A DNA stretch of 64,000 bases from a virus: positions 97,939 through 161,938 of IMG/VR virus record IMGVR_UViG_3300017917_002349. The stretch is one strand, 5' to 3'. A program made the position numbers and the translations under genes. Each line of letters starts with the position of its first letter. The first letter of the stretch is position 1. The notes under the pieces are model-generated. The model worked only from the letters and a program-made list of their open reading frames with translations, ran no database searches and had not been told where the DNA came from. This document shows, in pieces, positions 1 through 9,438 of this stretch.

Positions 1-692
1 ACAAAATAATCTACTAATCTGCTGCTGAGTATGTCGTGATTGCTGAGACACATATGATTGTATCTACAGTCATAGCCTTTGAAATATCCTGAACCGTTAG
101 CTTCGTACTGCTCAAATACCCAATCTTTGTCACGATATTCACCCCACTGTATTTCTACCAATGATCCCTGCGCCCAATCGAGATCAGGCCATTGTGTACA
201 GGGGTGTACAGAATCATCAAAAGCACGGATCATCAAAGGTGCTCTTAGATTTTTTATCCTAGTTTGATAGGCTATCAAAGCTAGTCTACTCACAGTCTGT
301 AGGTGATCTAGGGCAGGGCGTTGGATATGTTTGAGATACAATTCTGCTGCGCGAGCACGATCTTTGCCCACCTGCCGATCTAGATCTATGATATTCCAAT
401 TAGTCAGGGTAGGTTGATCTTCAAAATACCAATACCTAGCGGCACTGGTCAAAACTATGATCACATAGTCTTGCGGCATGATCTGATCCACAAAACTCAT
501 ATAACTGTTCAAGGTCCAATCCTGTGAACAGCCTATGAGACTATAGTTGAACAATTCAATGGGATGGCCTATGCTCTTACTCAAACGGTGAGCGGTCTGT
601 CTAGTCCAGCTTCGAGCGGAATCTTTAGAGGGATCGCAGATGCCAAAGCTGTCTGCGAATACCCATAGTCTTGTGGTAGTGCGAGAGTCCAT
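1..692 (-). CDS. SGNH/GDSL-like hydrolase-fold protein (partial, runs off window start)
   Basis: Not in the ORF track. Manual translation from ATG at 692: MDSRTTTRLWVFADSFG...NYSLIGCSQDW...DCRYNHMCLSNH, open to position 1. Has a (G/A)DSF block and a late His motif. Confidence 0.55.
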   Translation of the reverse strand, partial: MDSRTTTRLWVFADSFGICDPSKDSARSWTRQTAHRLSKSIGHPIELFNYSLIGCSQDWTLNSYMSFVDQIMPQDYVIIVLTSAARYWYFEDQPTLTNWNIIDLDRQVGKDRARAAELYLKHIQRPALDHLQTVSRLALIAYQTRIKNLRAPLMIRAFDDSVHPCTQWPDLDWAQGSLVEIQWGEYRDKDWVFEQYEANGSGYFKGYDCRYNHMCLSNHDILSSRLVDYF

Positions 693-729
693 GACTGTAT
701 ATATCTGTCATGGATCAGTGAAGTTTAGA

Positions 730-918
730 TTATTGACTTACGGTATAGGTACTGACCTCAGCTGACCATTGATCTGTACCGCGCTGCTGCATCTGGGCCG
801 CAAACGCCTGTGCCAATCGCCAAGCCTCTGACTGATCAGTGATATGTCTGCTGAGATCTTGACGCTGTACACGTACATGAGTAGTGAGATTACGTGCCAT
901 AACTTTATATGCTTGCAT
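730..918 (-). CDS. hypothetical protein
   Basis: 62-aa ORF with AGGAG RBS and upstream ATAAATA (936-942, minus strand). Confidence 0.7.
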   Translation of the reverse strand: MQAYKVMARNLTTHVRVQRQDLSRHITDQSEAWRLAQAFAAQMQQRGTDQWSAEVSTYTVSQ

Positions 919-938
919 AGCCTGCTCCTGTTACGTAT

Positions 939-1580
939 TTATTCAGTTTTGTTTTTTGGCTCGGCTATAAAGTTATAGATCACACAGAATCTCTGAGATG
1001 CTGTTTTGGGTCTGCCCGTGGTTCTCCAATGCGTACCGTCGAAATCGTACCAGGTATTAGCCTGAGCCGCTAGTTCGAATGCAGTGTCAAATGTTTCGGG
1101 TATTTCCCATTCTTGTAGCCACGATCTCTGTTGATATACTGTGGTTGGGGTATCGCTGGTTTCTGGAAAATACAATCCAGTCTGATGCGGGCCAACTAGA
1201 TCGATATGAGGTCTGCTGTGATCCGATTCTGTGGGCAGGCTGTTGACTATGCGGATCTTGAACAGCACACCCAAGCGCCTGTCTGTGCGATCCAAGGCAG
1301 TTAATAAAGGTACTACTAGAAAATTATAGAGTTCGCTCTGTTCAAAGTCGTTGTCATATACCAAATGGGTGAATTGATTCCAGTCATAGAGTCTGATGTC
1401 CTTGCAGCGTTCCGGTCCGAAATATCCATAATTGATGCAGGGATCAGTCACAACATGGCGATAAAAGTCCGAGACTTCCTCTGTTAACAGATCGTCGACC
1501 TGATGTAGTTTTGGAATAATTTTTAGATCGCTGTGTTTTCTAGGTTCTCCCGGAACGGGCATGGGCATAAAATCAGTCAT
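939..1580 (-). CDS. 2OG-Fe(II) oxygenase-like protein
   Basis: PHID motif, FDGTHW, C-terminal R-x-x-x-x-x-N-F; GGAG RBS. Confidence 0.6.
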   Translation of the reverse strand: MTDFMPMPVPGEPRKHSDLKIIPKLHQVDDLLTEEVSDFYRHVVTDPCINYGYFGPERCKDIRLYDWNQFTHLVYDNDFEQSELYNFLVVPLLTALDRTDRRLGVLFKIRIVNSLPTESDHSRPHIDLVGPHQTGLYFPETSDTPTTVYQQRSWLQEWEIPETFDTAFELAAQANTWYDFDGTHWRTTGRPKTASQRFCVIYNFIAEPKNKTE

Positions 1581-1616
1581 AGTATCTCCTTGTCTTTTAC
1601 TTAGCTAAGTAAATTC

Positions 1617-2225
1617 ATGCAAGCACAGATTTTAGATTTGTTTCCTACCGCGGTGGTGCGCTACAGCATAGACCCAGACCAATGGCGGGATCAACTACAG
1701 CAGCAGGTCATGGAACACACTGGCAGTCACAGTTATTCTGTGAATACCCACATACTGGATCTTTTTCCTGATTTGGCCAAGGATTTTCTGCTGTGTCTCA
1801 ACGACTATGCAGCCAATGTATTGGCTCTGAGCGAACCACAGAGCCTACAGACCAGTTGGCTGAACCATAGCCAAGGCACAGACTATACACATGAACACAT
1901 GCACAGCAATGCAGTATTGGCCTGTTGTTGGTATATTGATCTACCTCAGGGTCGAGATCGCATAAGATTCCATAAACCAGACAGCAGAGCTTGGGGAGTA
2001 TGGAGCATGATGTTTGACCTAGATCCTCAACGCCAACAGCGCAGTCCCTATGCCAAGAACACCGTGGAACTGTCAGTGACCAATGGGGATCTGTTGGTTT
2101 GGCCCGCATGGTTGCTGCACAGCGTACCCGAGATGGGCCAACCGGGTCACAGATGGAGTCTGGCTGCTAATACCATGCCTCAATCAGGTTGGGGACGAGG
2201 ACTACATGAATATAGAAATGATTAG
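1617..2225 (+). CDS. 2OG-Fe(II) oxygenase (TIGR02466-like)
   Basis: LFPT N-terminus, SWLN...HxH.N, GDLLVWPAWLLHSV, R-x-S-x-A-x-N. Confidence 0.75.
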   Translation: MQAQILDLFPTAVVRYSIDPDQWRDQLQQQVMEHTGSHSYSVNTHILDLFPDLAKDFLLCLNDYAANVLALSEPQSLQTSWLNHSQGTDYTHEHMHSNAVLACCWYIDLPQGRDRIRFHKPDSRAWGVWSMMFDLDPQRQQRSPYAKNTVELSVTNGDLLVWPAWLLHSVPEMGQPGHRWSLAANTMPQSGWGRGLHEYRND

Positions 2226-2733
2226 GCACGAGGATCAATGGTGCATCCATGGCCATATAGACCTAGATCCGCAATGGCGCATCATGTTCAGAAACCCCAC
2301 TAGGAACTATGCTGATCTAACCAAAACGCATGGTGGGCTACAGTGGGAACCCGCACCGATCTACGGCCTTTCTCGCTTGGATCGTCTAGCACAACGGCTG
2401 CTGAACCAAGCGGGCATCGCTAGGACCATAACCGCAGTTTGGAAGTCTTGGTGCATTGACTATGCACCGGGAGGTTATCAGGATCCGCATCAGCACGGCT
2501 CGGCCCTGATAACCAGTGTGTTGTATTTTGATCAGGACAGTTCAGAGACCATACTACAGATAGGCCAGCGTGAACTAAAATTCAGCAGCACGCCTGGCAG
2601 ATTCATCTTGTTTGACGGATTGACCACGCACTGGGGCACGCCTGTGCAGGTCCGCAAGCGAGTCTTGGTCACTGACTGGGAATATCGAGAATTCACAGCC
2701 GAAATCCAAACCAATAGATCAGACCAGGTATGA
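2206..2733 (+). CDS. 2OG-Fe(II) oxygenase-like protein
   Basis: Start moved to ATG 2206 behind a GAGG RBS; SWCIDY..GGYQDPHQH..SVLY, FDG.T.H, KRVLV. Confidence 0.65.
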   Translation: MNIEMIRHEDQWCIHGHIDLDPQWRIMFRNPTRNYADLTKTHGGLQWEPAPIYGLSRLDRLAQRLLNQAGIARTITAVWKSWCIDYAPGGYQDPHQHGSALITSVLYFDQDSSETILQIGQRELKFSSTPGRFILFDGLTTHWGTPVQVRKRVLVTDWEYREFTAEIQTNRSDQV

Positions 2734-2926
2734 TGATAAAGAACTGTGGCAGGAAGTTCATGATCAGAGCACGTTCCCGCCAACGATAGCCCACATAGAC
2801 CCACCCCGAAGCACCTGCCAGTTGCAGCAGGCTATTCCAGGGCGTCCAGCCCATGACATGGAATACCATGGCCACGGTTATGATTAGAGCACTGATCCAT
2901 TTGATCCACCACACATGATCTCTCAT
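2693..2926 (-). CDS. small membrane protein
   Basis: 77 aa, three hydrophobic segments, translationally coupled to the upstream gene. Confidence 0.7.
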   Translation of the reverse strand: MRDHVWWIKWISALIITVAMVFHVMGWTPWNSLLQLAGASGWVYVGYRWRERALIMNFLPQFFIIIPGLIYWFGFRL

Positions 2927-3606
2927 CTGTGGGAGCCCAATCTCTGGCTTCTCGTGGGAGCGCAGCCTGCCAAGGTGATGTCATCTAGCCAGTAGTGATC
3001 TATGCTCTGCACATACTTGTGATTGGCATCCTTGTCTATGAAACGGAAGATCCTAGGATCGTCCCAGGCTATGGGAAAGTCTAGTATGCGGCTGACCCAG
3101 CGTAGATAGTGTTCACGATGCAGGAAGAATGCTTCGTGATCCAAGAAATGATAGTCTAGGCCCGAAGGGATCAGGGTATTGTAATAGTAGTCCTGTGCTA
3201 TGGGGGTGGTATGTTCACCCCGCACACGCTGCTGTTGCACACGATTGATATTTTGATCCCTAACGATCATGGCCACAGATACTCTTACTCCCAGGCTCTG
3301 GGCCCGCTCTGCTACTTCTAGGATTTTAGGCACGTATCTCACACCGTCGAAGAAAAATGGACAGCTGACATTGGCCAGATGGTACTGGCTGCCCTCAAAG
3401 GTCTCGGGGGTCAACAGTTCGGGACGCAGCCAGTATTCTGCAAAGGGTTCTTGATCGCTGGGCACCCAATATTCTTCCAGCAGAGCATCCCAGCCCTGTA
3501 CCTCGGGGCTCAGGCTCAACAGCCTTGAAAACAGGTGATTGCCCGAGCCCTGCGGTCCCGTTACTATCAGCAGTCGTTTATCTTGTGTATCTCTGTTGTC
3601 CAACAT
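2923..3606 (-). CDS. sulfotransferase-like / P-loop fold protein
   Basis: LLIVTGPQGSGNHLFSRLL resembles a PAPS-binding loop; later IVRD motif. Confidence 0.5.
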   Translation of the reverse strand: MLDNRDTQDKRLLIVTGPQGSGNHLFSRLLSLSPEVQGWDALLEEYWVPSDQEPFAEYWLRPELLTPETFEGSQYHLANVSCPFFFDGVRYVPKILEVAERAQSLGVRVSVAMIVRDQNINRVQQQRVRGEHTTPIAQDYYYNTLIPSGLDYHFLDHEAFFLHREHYLRWVSRILDFPIAWDDPRIFRFIDKDANHKYVQSIDHYWLDDITLAGCAPTRSQRLGSHR

Positions 3607-4237
3607 AGGTTCTTACTTTCAATGGGTTGATGTCGTCTGTGGGCCCCGTACCAGAATCTGGAGCGAACACAAACAGGATCACAGCTGAATCATCTGTGAT
3701 AAAGTTATGTAGCTCGTTTCTGCGCATGTAGAAAATTTCTCCTTCACGCACAGCATAGAACTCATTGTTGTCCAGCTCAACACGTCCCTGGCCTCGCAGG
3801 ACCATGCCTACCCTATGGCTGGGATGTGTGTGCAGGGTCTGGTACATGTGTGGGGGAAAATGTACGTAGTTAATCACAGGGTCGCCCAATCTTCCAGGGT
3901 TGATGGCCGTGGTATTGGTGCCTCCGTCCATGTATGAAAGATTGCCCTGATCCAAGGTGTCCTGCACATAGTAGCGGCTTTCAAGACAGTGCAGTCCTGG
4001 ATACTCTATCACACAGGCCGTGCCTGCGTCTGTGTTGATGGTAAACTCATGGTTCACAGCCAGGGCCGCTGCCACAGTGGTGAATTGGGCTGTGCTGCTG
4101 GTGTAGCTGCTGTGATTCAGCATGACATAGTATGTGCCTTCAGTGGCAGCAAAGGTCTGTGTAGACTGAGTGGGTACGTGTGTGATGGTCAATGGCCATC
4201 GATCTAGAAATTTCTGTCGTCCTTGTATATTGATCAT
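3578..4237 (-). CDS. cupin domain protein
   Basis: LHTHPSHRVGMVLRGQG...GEIFYMRRNELHNF cupin motifs. Confidence 0.75.
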   Translation of the reverse strand: MINIQGRQKFLDRWPLTITHVPTQSTQTFAATEGTYYVMLNHSSYTSSTAQFTTVAAALAVNHEFTINTDAGTACVIEYPGLHCLESRYYVQDTLDQGNLSYMDGGTNTTAINPGRLGDPVINYVHFPPHMYQTLHTHPSHRVGMVLRGQGRVELDNNEFYAVREGEIFYMRRNELHNFITDDSAVILFVFAPDSGTGPTDDINPLKVRTYVGQQRYTR

Positions 4238-4252
4238 AGCTGGTCTCGTAGG

Positions 4253-4281
4253 AAAAAAAAGCGAGTGGGATTAGCACTCGC
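4253..4281 (-). terminator. intrinsic terminator/attenuator after the ferritin-like gene
   Basis: GCGAGTG-7nt-CACTCGC stem followed by T8 on the minus strand. Confidence 0.75.
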
Positions 4282-4299
4282 TCTCTGTGGGGGTTGGGA

Positions 4300-4998
4300 T
4301 TACCAACCGTAGGCGTCTGCGACCAATGCACGGCCGCTTTCTGAAGCCACTGTGTTACGGCAGCTGATGTCGTAGAGATCACGACGCATACGTGCAGCCA
4401 AGGCCTGCGCACGATCTGCATCTTCCTGGGTCTTGATCAACTGCTCTAGCTTGCGAGCGCCGATGTTGGCATGGAAGCCTTCATCACGAGCGATCTTGGC
4501 ATAGGTTGTGCTGATGAACTCATCATCAACGCAGCGAGCCATTTCATCCCAGACTGCTTCTGCACGACCTTCTGCTACCAACTGATAGGCAGCCAGTGCG
4601 ATGGCATCTGTGTCTGCACCGTACTGAGCCAATAGACCCGCACCCTTGGCAGTGGGACGAGCTGCTTCAGCGCGGATAGCTGCATCAACGTCTAGATCTT
4701 GACCAGTGATGTGCTCGATGACTTCCTTGACCATACGGAAATGATTGGCTTCATCGTGAGCCTGCTTGGTTAATAGCTGTAGTTCTTCTACAGGTGTGTC
4801 AGAGGGCAACTGTGCGATGGTCTGGCTGATTTCAACCATGTTCATGCGCTCATTGACCATACGACCAATAAAGTGTGTGACTAGTTCTTGTTGAGCTGGC
4901 TTAGAATCGAAGTAAGCTCGGACGTTGTGTTGGCTGGCAGCAAACAGAGCTTGGTTATCTCTGCGGATCTGCTCGACCACTTGGCGTGCTTGTGACAT
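4300..4998 (-). CDS. ferritin-like diiron protein
   Basis: Two DExxH motifs (DEANH, DEGFH) in helical context; AAGGAG RBS. Confidence 0.7.
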   Translation of the reverse strand: MSQARQVVEQIRRDNQALFAASQHNVRAYFDSKPAQQELVTHFIGRMVNERMNMVEISQTIAQLPSDTPVEELQLLTKQAHDEANHFRMVKEVIEHITGQDLDVDAAIRAEAARPTAKGAGLLAQYGADTDAIALAAYQLVAEGRAEAVWDEMARCVDDEFISTTYAKIARDEGFHANIGARKLEQLIKTQEDADRAQALAARMRRDLYDISCRNTVASESGRALVADAYGW

Positions 4999-5105
4999 TG
5001 TGTGTTCTCCTTGAAAAAATTGCTTGGGTGATAAAAAATTCCTGATTTTAGAAAAAATTCGTTCCTATCACAGAATTATTTATCTTTTAGAAAATTTTTT
5101 CAGAA

Positions 5106-5315
5106 TTAATCAAATAAGGTCATTATAACACGAGTTTGTTCGGGCCAGCGCAGTATCCAAAGATCTGCTAGTTTGGGCTGTGTGAACAGCAGCCACCAAT
5201 CTGTGGCCAGATGCAGATGATTGAGACTGCGTGGCCATGCATGCACCAAAGGTTGCCATGACATGATGAGATCTCGCTGGCAGGTGTTGAAGTCTTCAAG
5301 GTAGACTAGGAGCAT
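5106..5315 (-). CDS. hypothetical protein
   Basis: 69-aa ORF preceded by TAAATA. Confidence 0.5.
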   Translation of the reverse strand: MLLVYLEDFNTCQRDLIMSWQPLVHAWPRSLNHLHLATDWWLLFTQPKLADLWILRWPEQTRVIMTLFD

Positions 5316-5373
5316 GAGATATTTAATCTAAATCCGTGGTTATACCATTTAACTATCCCCCAACAAATATAAT

Positions 5374-6018
5374 TTAATTTTTTCTAAATACGATCCAATC
5401 AAATTTATCAATGACTTCTACCAATGTATAGTCATATTGTGAAACAACTAAATCGCATACCATTTTTACTTGTGGTGTATTTCTTTGAATAATACTACTA
5501 TTTCTATATCTAGGGACATCTAATATTGCAGGACCTAAACTAACAATACTTTTTGTTATTGTCCAAGTTAAATCATCAAAGACTATTATACCACCACTTT
5601 TTATCATTATGTTAGATAACACAAATGCTATTAGTGTAGACTCGAACGTATGCCCGCCATCTATATAACAGAAATCAAACTTCTCAGCATCTGCTTTAAT
5701 TAAGTTTGCTAAATCCCACGAATAGCCTTCTCTACTAACTATTGGGTTAATATAATTTTCTAATGAAAATTCTTGCATTAGATCATTAATGTTAGGAACA
5801 AGTTTATTTGAAAGTAGGTCAAATGTTGTTAGTTTTCCAACACCTTGCTCCTCGAGGATAGCACCTAGATAAACAGAACTTTTTCCATGAAAATGTCCTA
5901 GTTCACAAAGATTTTTAAATTTGTTCTGATGTATTAAATCTCGTAGATACAGGGCCTGCTCGTGTCTCATATAGGGCAGATCTTTATATTTTTCAGTTAT
6001 AGCATTTATTTTATACAT
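5374..6018 (-). CDS. class I SAM-dependent methyltransferase (Methyltransf_24-like)
   Basis: ELGHFHGKS motif I, FDFCYIDGGH, GGIIVFDD; visibly AT-rich relative to flanks. Confidence 0.8.
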   Translation of the reverse strand: MYKINAITEKYKDLPYMRHEQALYLRDLIHQNKFKNLCELGHFHGKSSVYLGAILEEQGVGKLTTFDLLSNKLVPNINDLMQEFSLENYINPIVSREGYSWDLANLIKADAEKFDFCYIDGGHTFESTLIAFVLSNIMIKSGGIIVFDDLTWTITKSIVSLGPAILDVPRYRNSSIIQRNTPQVKMVCDLVVSQYDYTLVEVIDKFDWIVFRKN

Positions 6019-6041
6019 ACTAATTAATTAGTCAATAAAAT

Positions 6042-6116
6042 TGGTAGCCGCGAGTGGGAACGATCCACCGGCCTAACGCTTATCAAGCGTTTGCTCTACC
6101 ACTGAGCTACGCGGCT
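6042..6116 (-). tRNA. tRNA-Ile(GAT)
   Basis: AGCCGCG/CGCGGCT acceptor stem, D arm TAGCTCAGTGGTAGAGC, anticodon loop TTGATAA, encoded CCA; atypical T loop ATCGTTC. Confidence 0.9.
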
Positions 6117-6238
6117 AAATTTGGTAGTTTGATAACGATCTTGCGGCATTAGATATTTATCGGCGCAGCCGCGCAAAAAATTTTTGAGCGCGAAGCGTAG
6201 CGCAGCAAACGCGGTCAAAAGAGATCTAGACTGGGATA

Positions 6239-6481
6239 TCAGAGTAGAGAATCGCCGCCGAGATCAGGATCCAGCGGTAGTCCCGTGGCGAGATCTAGAC
6301 TGGGATCTACACAGGGGCAATGATCAGCCCAGGTTAACAGGAACTCTGTTAATAGCTGGGGATCTGTGATGGTAAAACGTGTGCGATTGAGATGAGGGTC
6401 GATGTCAATGCCTCGTGACTCTAACCACCGGAGTACATGATAGAACTGGGGATCTTGGGTATATACACAGTATTGCGGCAC
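6239..6481 (-). CDS. hypothetical protein
   Basis: 80-aa ORF. Confidence 0.55.
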   Translation of the reverse strand: MPQYCVYTQDPQFYHVLRWLESRGIDIDPHLNRTRFTITDPQLLTEFLLTWADHCPCVDPSLDLATGLPLDPDLGGDSLL

Positions 6482-6512
6482 AGCAATATATATGCTAAAT
6501 ACTACCTAGAGA

Positions 6513-6758
6513 GTGAAATTTCTAGGAGAACACACCGTGACAGAAACACATTGGAGAACTATAGCAAAGAGCATATCTTGGCGCATAGTGGCAACACTGG
6601 TAACAGCATGGTTCACAGGCCTAACTGGTGCTATAGTGATTAATATATGGATGACAGTGGCATATTACATACACGAGCGTGTATGGACAAGAATTACATG
6701 GGGCTTTAAGCCCTTTTTTGTTGACCAGAATAAGATCAGTGTAGACAGCAGAGTCTAG
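6513..6758 (+). CDS. DUF2061-like small membrane protein
   Basis: RTIAKSISWR...YYIHERVW..I.WG pattern. Confidence 0.65.
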   Translation: MKFLGEHTVTETHWRTIAKSISWRIVATLVTAWFTGLTGAIVINIWMTVAYYIHERVWTRITWGFKPFFVDQNKISVDSRV

Positions 6759-6890
6759 CCCGAAATGGGAGTACAGCCCAAAAAAATTGGCCGCGCAAAA
6801 AAAACAGATCCCGAAAAAGTTTTCAGGGTGGTGATTTGCTACCACACTGTTGCTAAAATACAACACATGCATGCATAACCGGCCACCACC

Positions 6891-7103
6891 TCAACACCGA
6901 AGGGTCTGACCTGGCTGCCTCTGCTCAGGTCTAAGGTGGCCACCACAGTGTCTGAGGGCTCGATCATCCCAGGCAGGTATCTGATCATGCAGCTGACCTT
7001 GGCTGGGCCTGGGATCCCAGGGTGCGTCACGATAATCTCGTATAGCGCACGCCTGTAGAGCTAGACAGCTAACTACAGCAACGCCGAATAATAGCCGTGA
7101 CAT
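6891..7103 (-). CDS. putative small lipoprotein
   Basis: Hydrophobic N-terminus with LQAC lipobox-like motif; start uncertain. Confidence 0.5.
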   Translation of the reverse strand: MSRLLFGVAVVSCLALQACAIRDYRDAPWDPRPSQGQLHDQIPAWDDRALRHCGGHLRPEQRQPGQTLRC

Positions 7104-7302
7104 CTTCTGTTATCTCTGTGTGTTGATCCATGACTGCTGCGATCATCAGCTGATGTATGGTCACAGCATCCTGCTTGTATGCTGGGGGCAAGTTGCCAAT
7201 AAGACGATCCACTGCCTCTTGCGATTCGCAGCTCCAGATCATGTCAGCGATCTGATACTGCTGACGGGTCAGTCCCCGTAGTTCAATAGTCATTGCCGTC
7301 AC
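7069..7302 (-). CDS. hypothetical early protein
   Basis: ORF in a coupled leftward run. Confidence 0.6.
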   Translation of the reverse strand: MTAMTIELRGLTRQQYQIADMIWSCESQEAVDRLIGNLPPAYKQDAVTIHQLMIAAVMDQHTEITEDVTAIIRRCCS

Positions 7303-7477
7303 CTGCTCGCTTGATCATCAGTGTGCCACACGCCATGCAGCCAAGTCCAGTGACTGCTACCAGCACTGACTGTAGGAGCTCTGAGTCAGTGATTGAGTTC
7401 TCTACACCGCCTACTGCGAATGCTGTGATGATCATACCTACTATGACGACGAACATGCCCTGCTTTTCTGTGACCAT
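7283..7477 (-). CDS. small membrane protein (early)
   Basis: Two hydrophobic segments; AAGGAG RBS and promoter at 7510-7538. Confidence 0.7.
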   Translation of the reverse strand: MVTEKQGMFVVIVGMIITAFAVGGVENSITDSELLQSVLVAVTGLGCMACGTLMIKRAGDGNDY

Positions 7478-7543
7478 TTAGTGCTCCTTGTTTGTTAGTG
7501 TATGTGTTGATTATACAGCCAAATGCTGGGTCTGTCAACCAAT

Positions 7544-7933
7544 TTAGACCCAGCTGTCTACCATCAAGACAGGCTTCTTCAGCACTCGTTTGACGAAGTC
7601 CTCGGGCTCATCGTCAGTGCGTACTAACATAAAGCCCATGCTCTCTACTAGGTCTATTTCCTTGATCTCTAGGTCTATGCCCGCAGCTTCCAGGGCACGA
7701 TTGATGTTAGTAAGCGCATACTTAACACCTGCGTCGAACGCCTCATACTCGCCGTCACCTACATCTTCTGCGTCATAGTCAAAACCCTCTACCATTGCGT
7801 TCAGATACTCTTGACCGTCTGCAACGATGAACTTGCCAATCTTCTTCCACTGGCGCTGGTCCTCGCAGTCGAAGTGGTCACAGCATTCGTTGAGATCAAA
7901 ACTTGCGAATTCGTCGTAGTTTACTTTGGCCAT
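7544..7933 (-). CDS. acidic hypothetical early protein
   Basis: 129 aa, own promoter and GGGAGCGA RBS. Confidence 0.8.
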   Translation of the reverse strand: MAKVNYDEFASFDLNECCDHFDCEDQRQWKKIGKFIVADGQEYLNAMVEGFDYDAEDVGDGEYEAFDAGVKYALTNINRALEAAGIDLEIKEIDLVESMGFMLVRTDDEPEDFVKRVLKKPVLMVDSWV

Positions 7934-7978
7934 TTGGGTCGCTCCCTGTTGTGTTAATATGTGTTAATTATAGCTGAA

Positions 7979-8263
7979 TCAATCACCGCTGTCAATCTGA
8001 TAGCGATCCCCACACTCCGAGCAGGTGTATTCTGTAAGGCAACGCCCCACAGTCTGCGATGTATACTTGTGTTTACAGGGCTGTCCTTCCTTGTCGAGTC
8101 GGACTTGACCTGTAGGGCGACCGAACATATACTGGCCGCCACAGTTGGTGCAACCAAAAGTATCTGTGGCTGCATCATAGCCTGCGATCACGTGCTTATA
8201 TTTGTTATCACCGGCCGGCACACGACCGCTACCGTTGCAAACTGGGCAAACGCCTTTTTCCAT
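7979..8263 (-). CDS. zinc-ribbon protein
   Basis: CPVCNGSG, CTNC, CSEC; start moved to the ATG behind AAGGAGCGA. Confidence 0.75.
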   Translation of the reverse strand: MEKGVCPVCNGSGRVPAGDNKYKHVIAGYDAATDTFGCTNCGGQYMFGRPTGQVRLDKEGQPCKHKYTSQTVGRCLTEYTCSECGDRYQIDSGD

Positions 8264-8318
8264 CTTTCGCTCCTTACTATTCACTATACCTATAGTATAG
8301 CACCGCAGGCCCAATCTG

Positions 8319-8630
8319 TCAACCAATCTTCTTGATCTTCCTATCCAAAGATTCCTGGATCTCTCGTGTGGCTTGATCTAGCAGTTGCCCGCGGGTGTGG
8401 ACGTCGCTGTTGCAGAACTGCCACATCTTGAACGCATCCCCTCTGAGTCCCATCAAGATCCCTTCGTAGTCCCGGTAGGAGCAGCAGGCCCAGAGACTCT
8501 GAGGACGATAGGTGTAGAAGTCATAGTCACGCTCTGTGTTGTGCTGGGTGACTATGCGTCGGGCCGTGCTCTGCAGTCGGTAATACTTCTGCATGTGCCC
8601 GGACTTTTGATCGTAGACTACCCACCCCAT
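8319..8630 (-). CDS. hypothetical early protein (resembles 21170-21475 N-terminus)
   Basis: MGWVVYDQKS vs MWYVYDKRS; coupled start. Confidence 0.6.
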   Translation of the reverse strand: MGWVVYDQKSGHMQKYYRLQSTARRIVTQHNTERDYDFYTYRPQSLWACCSYRDYEGILMGLRGDAFKMWQFCNSDVHTRGQLLDQATREIQESLDRKIKKIG

Positions 8631-8977
8631 CAGTCCAACCTCGATCCTGCGTAGGCTTGGAAACCATACCGCTTGAACACCTCTGCCGCTGCCTCTGCAC
8701 CTGCTTCCAGGGTGTCCACGTTCTGGCAACCGAACTTGCTGGGATTCCACATCTGCAGACCGCCGCTGTAGGACGGACGGATGTCGCACTCTTTCAGTGC
8801 GCGACCGATCTTGGTGTTGCCTTTGACACCGTAGATGTTTACCCAGGCGAAACCACAGGCGAAACGATCTTGACCTCCCAGGACTTCCTGGAAGTATTTC
8901 TGTGCAGCAGCGTAGGCCGCTTGCTGTGCTTCTTGGACGATTGCAGGGATCTGCTCGGGGGTTGCTGTGATAGTCAT
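8630..8977 (-). CDS. hypothetical early protein
   Basis: ACGFAWV motif; promoter and RBS. Confidence 0.75.
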   Translation of the reverse strand: MTITATPEQIPAIVQEAQQAAYAAAQKYFQEVLGGQDRFACGFAWVNIYGVKGNTKIGRALKECDIRPSYSGGLQMWNPSKFGCQNVDTLEAGAEAAAEVFKRYGFQAYAGSRLD

Positions 8978-9030
8978 TTGGGCTCCTTGTTGTCTAAGTG
9001 TGTGTAGTATACTGTGAATTGGCTGCTGTG

Positions 9031-9261
9031 TCAACCAAAATGTTTCAGTAGCCCGCCAAGGCATAGGGTTATGGCCACAGCATTAATCACCATCTGCGGA
9101 TAGTTCTTGACCCTAACAGTCCAGATGAAATAGGCTGTGCCACCTAGCAGTCCCATAAGAATATTCCACGGATGTAGCTGCGGGAAGTAGTTCATCAGCA
9201 GGTACATGACTAGGATGAACGCCGTGCCCACCCATTGGATGATGTCGTTGATGTCTCTCAT
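9031..9261 (-). CDS. small membrane protein
   Basis: Three hydrophobic segments; resembles 2693-2926. Confidence 0.7.
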   Translation of the reverse strand: MRDINDIIQWVGTAFILVMYLLMNYFPQLHPWNILMGLLGGTAYFIWTVRVKNYPQMVINAVAITLCLGGLLKHFG

Positions 9262-9371
9262 AGAGCAGCCACGTTGGCCAACACCGCGGCAGTGATCAAT
9301 AGACCGGCTTGGATGACGCCAGTGATCCAGCCCAGGTAAATCACAGTCAGTGCACCGATGAGTTTCAACAT
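9258..9371 (-). CDS. 37-aa hydrophobic peptide (not in ORF track)
   Basis: MLKLIGALTVIYLGWITGVIQAGLLITAAVLANVAAL; AGGAGCGA RBS, promoter 9405/9428, ATGA coupling. Confidence 0.7.
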   Translation of the reverse strand: MLKLIGALTVIYLGWITGVIQAGLLITAAVLANVAAL

Positions 9372-9438
9372 AGTTCGCTCCTAAGTTGTTTAGTTAGTGT
9401 GTATATAATAGCATCACTGAACCAAAATGTCAACCAAA

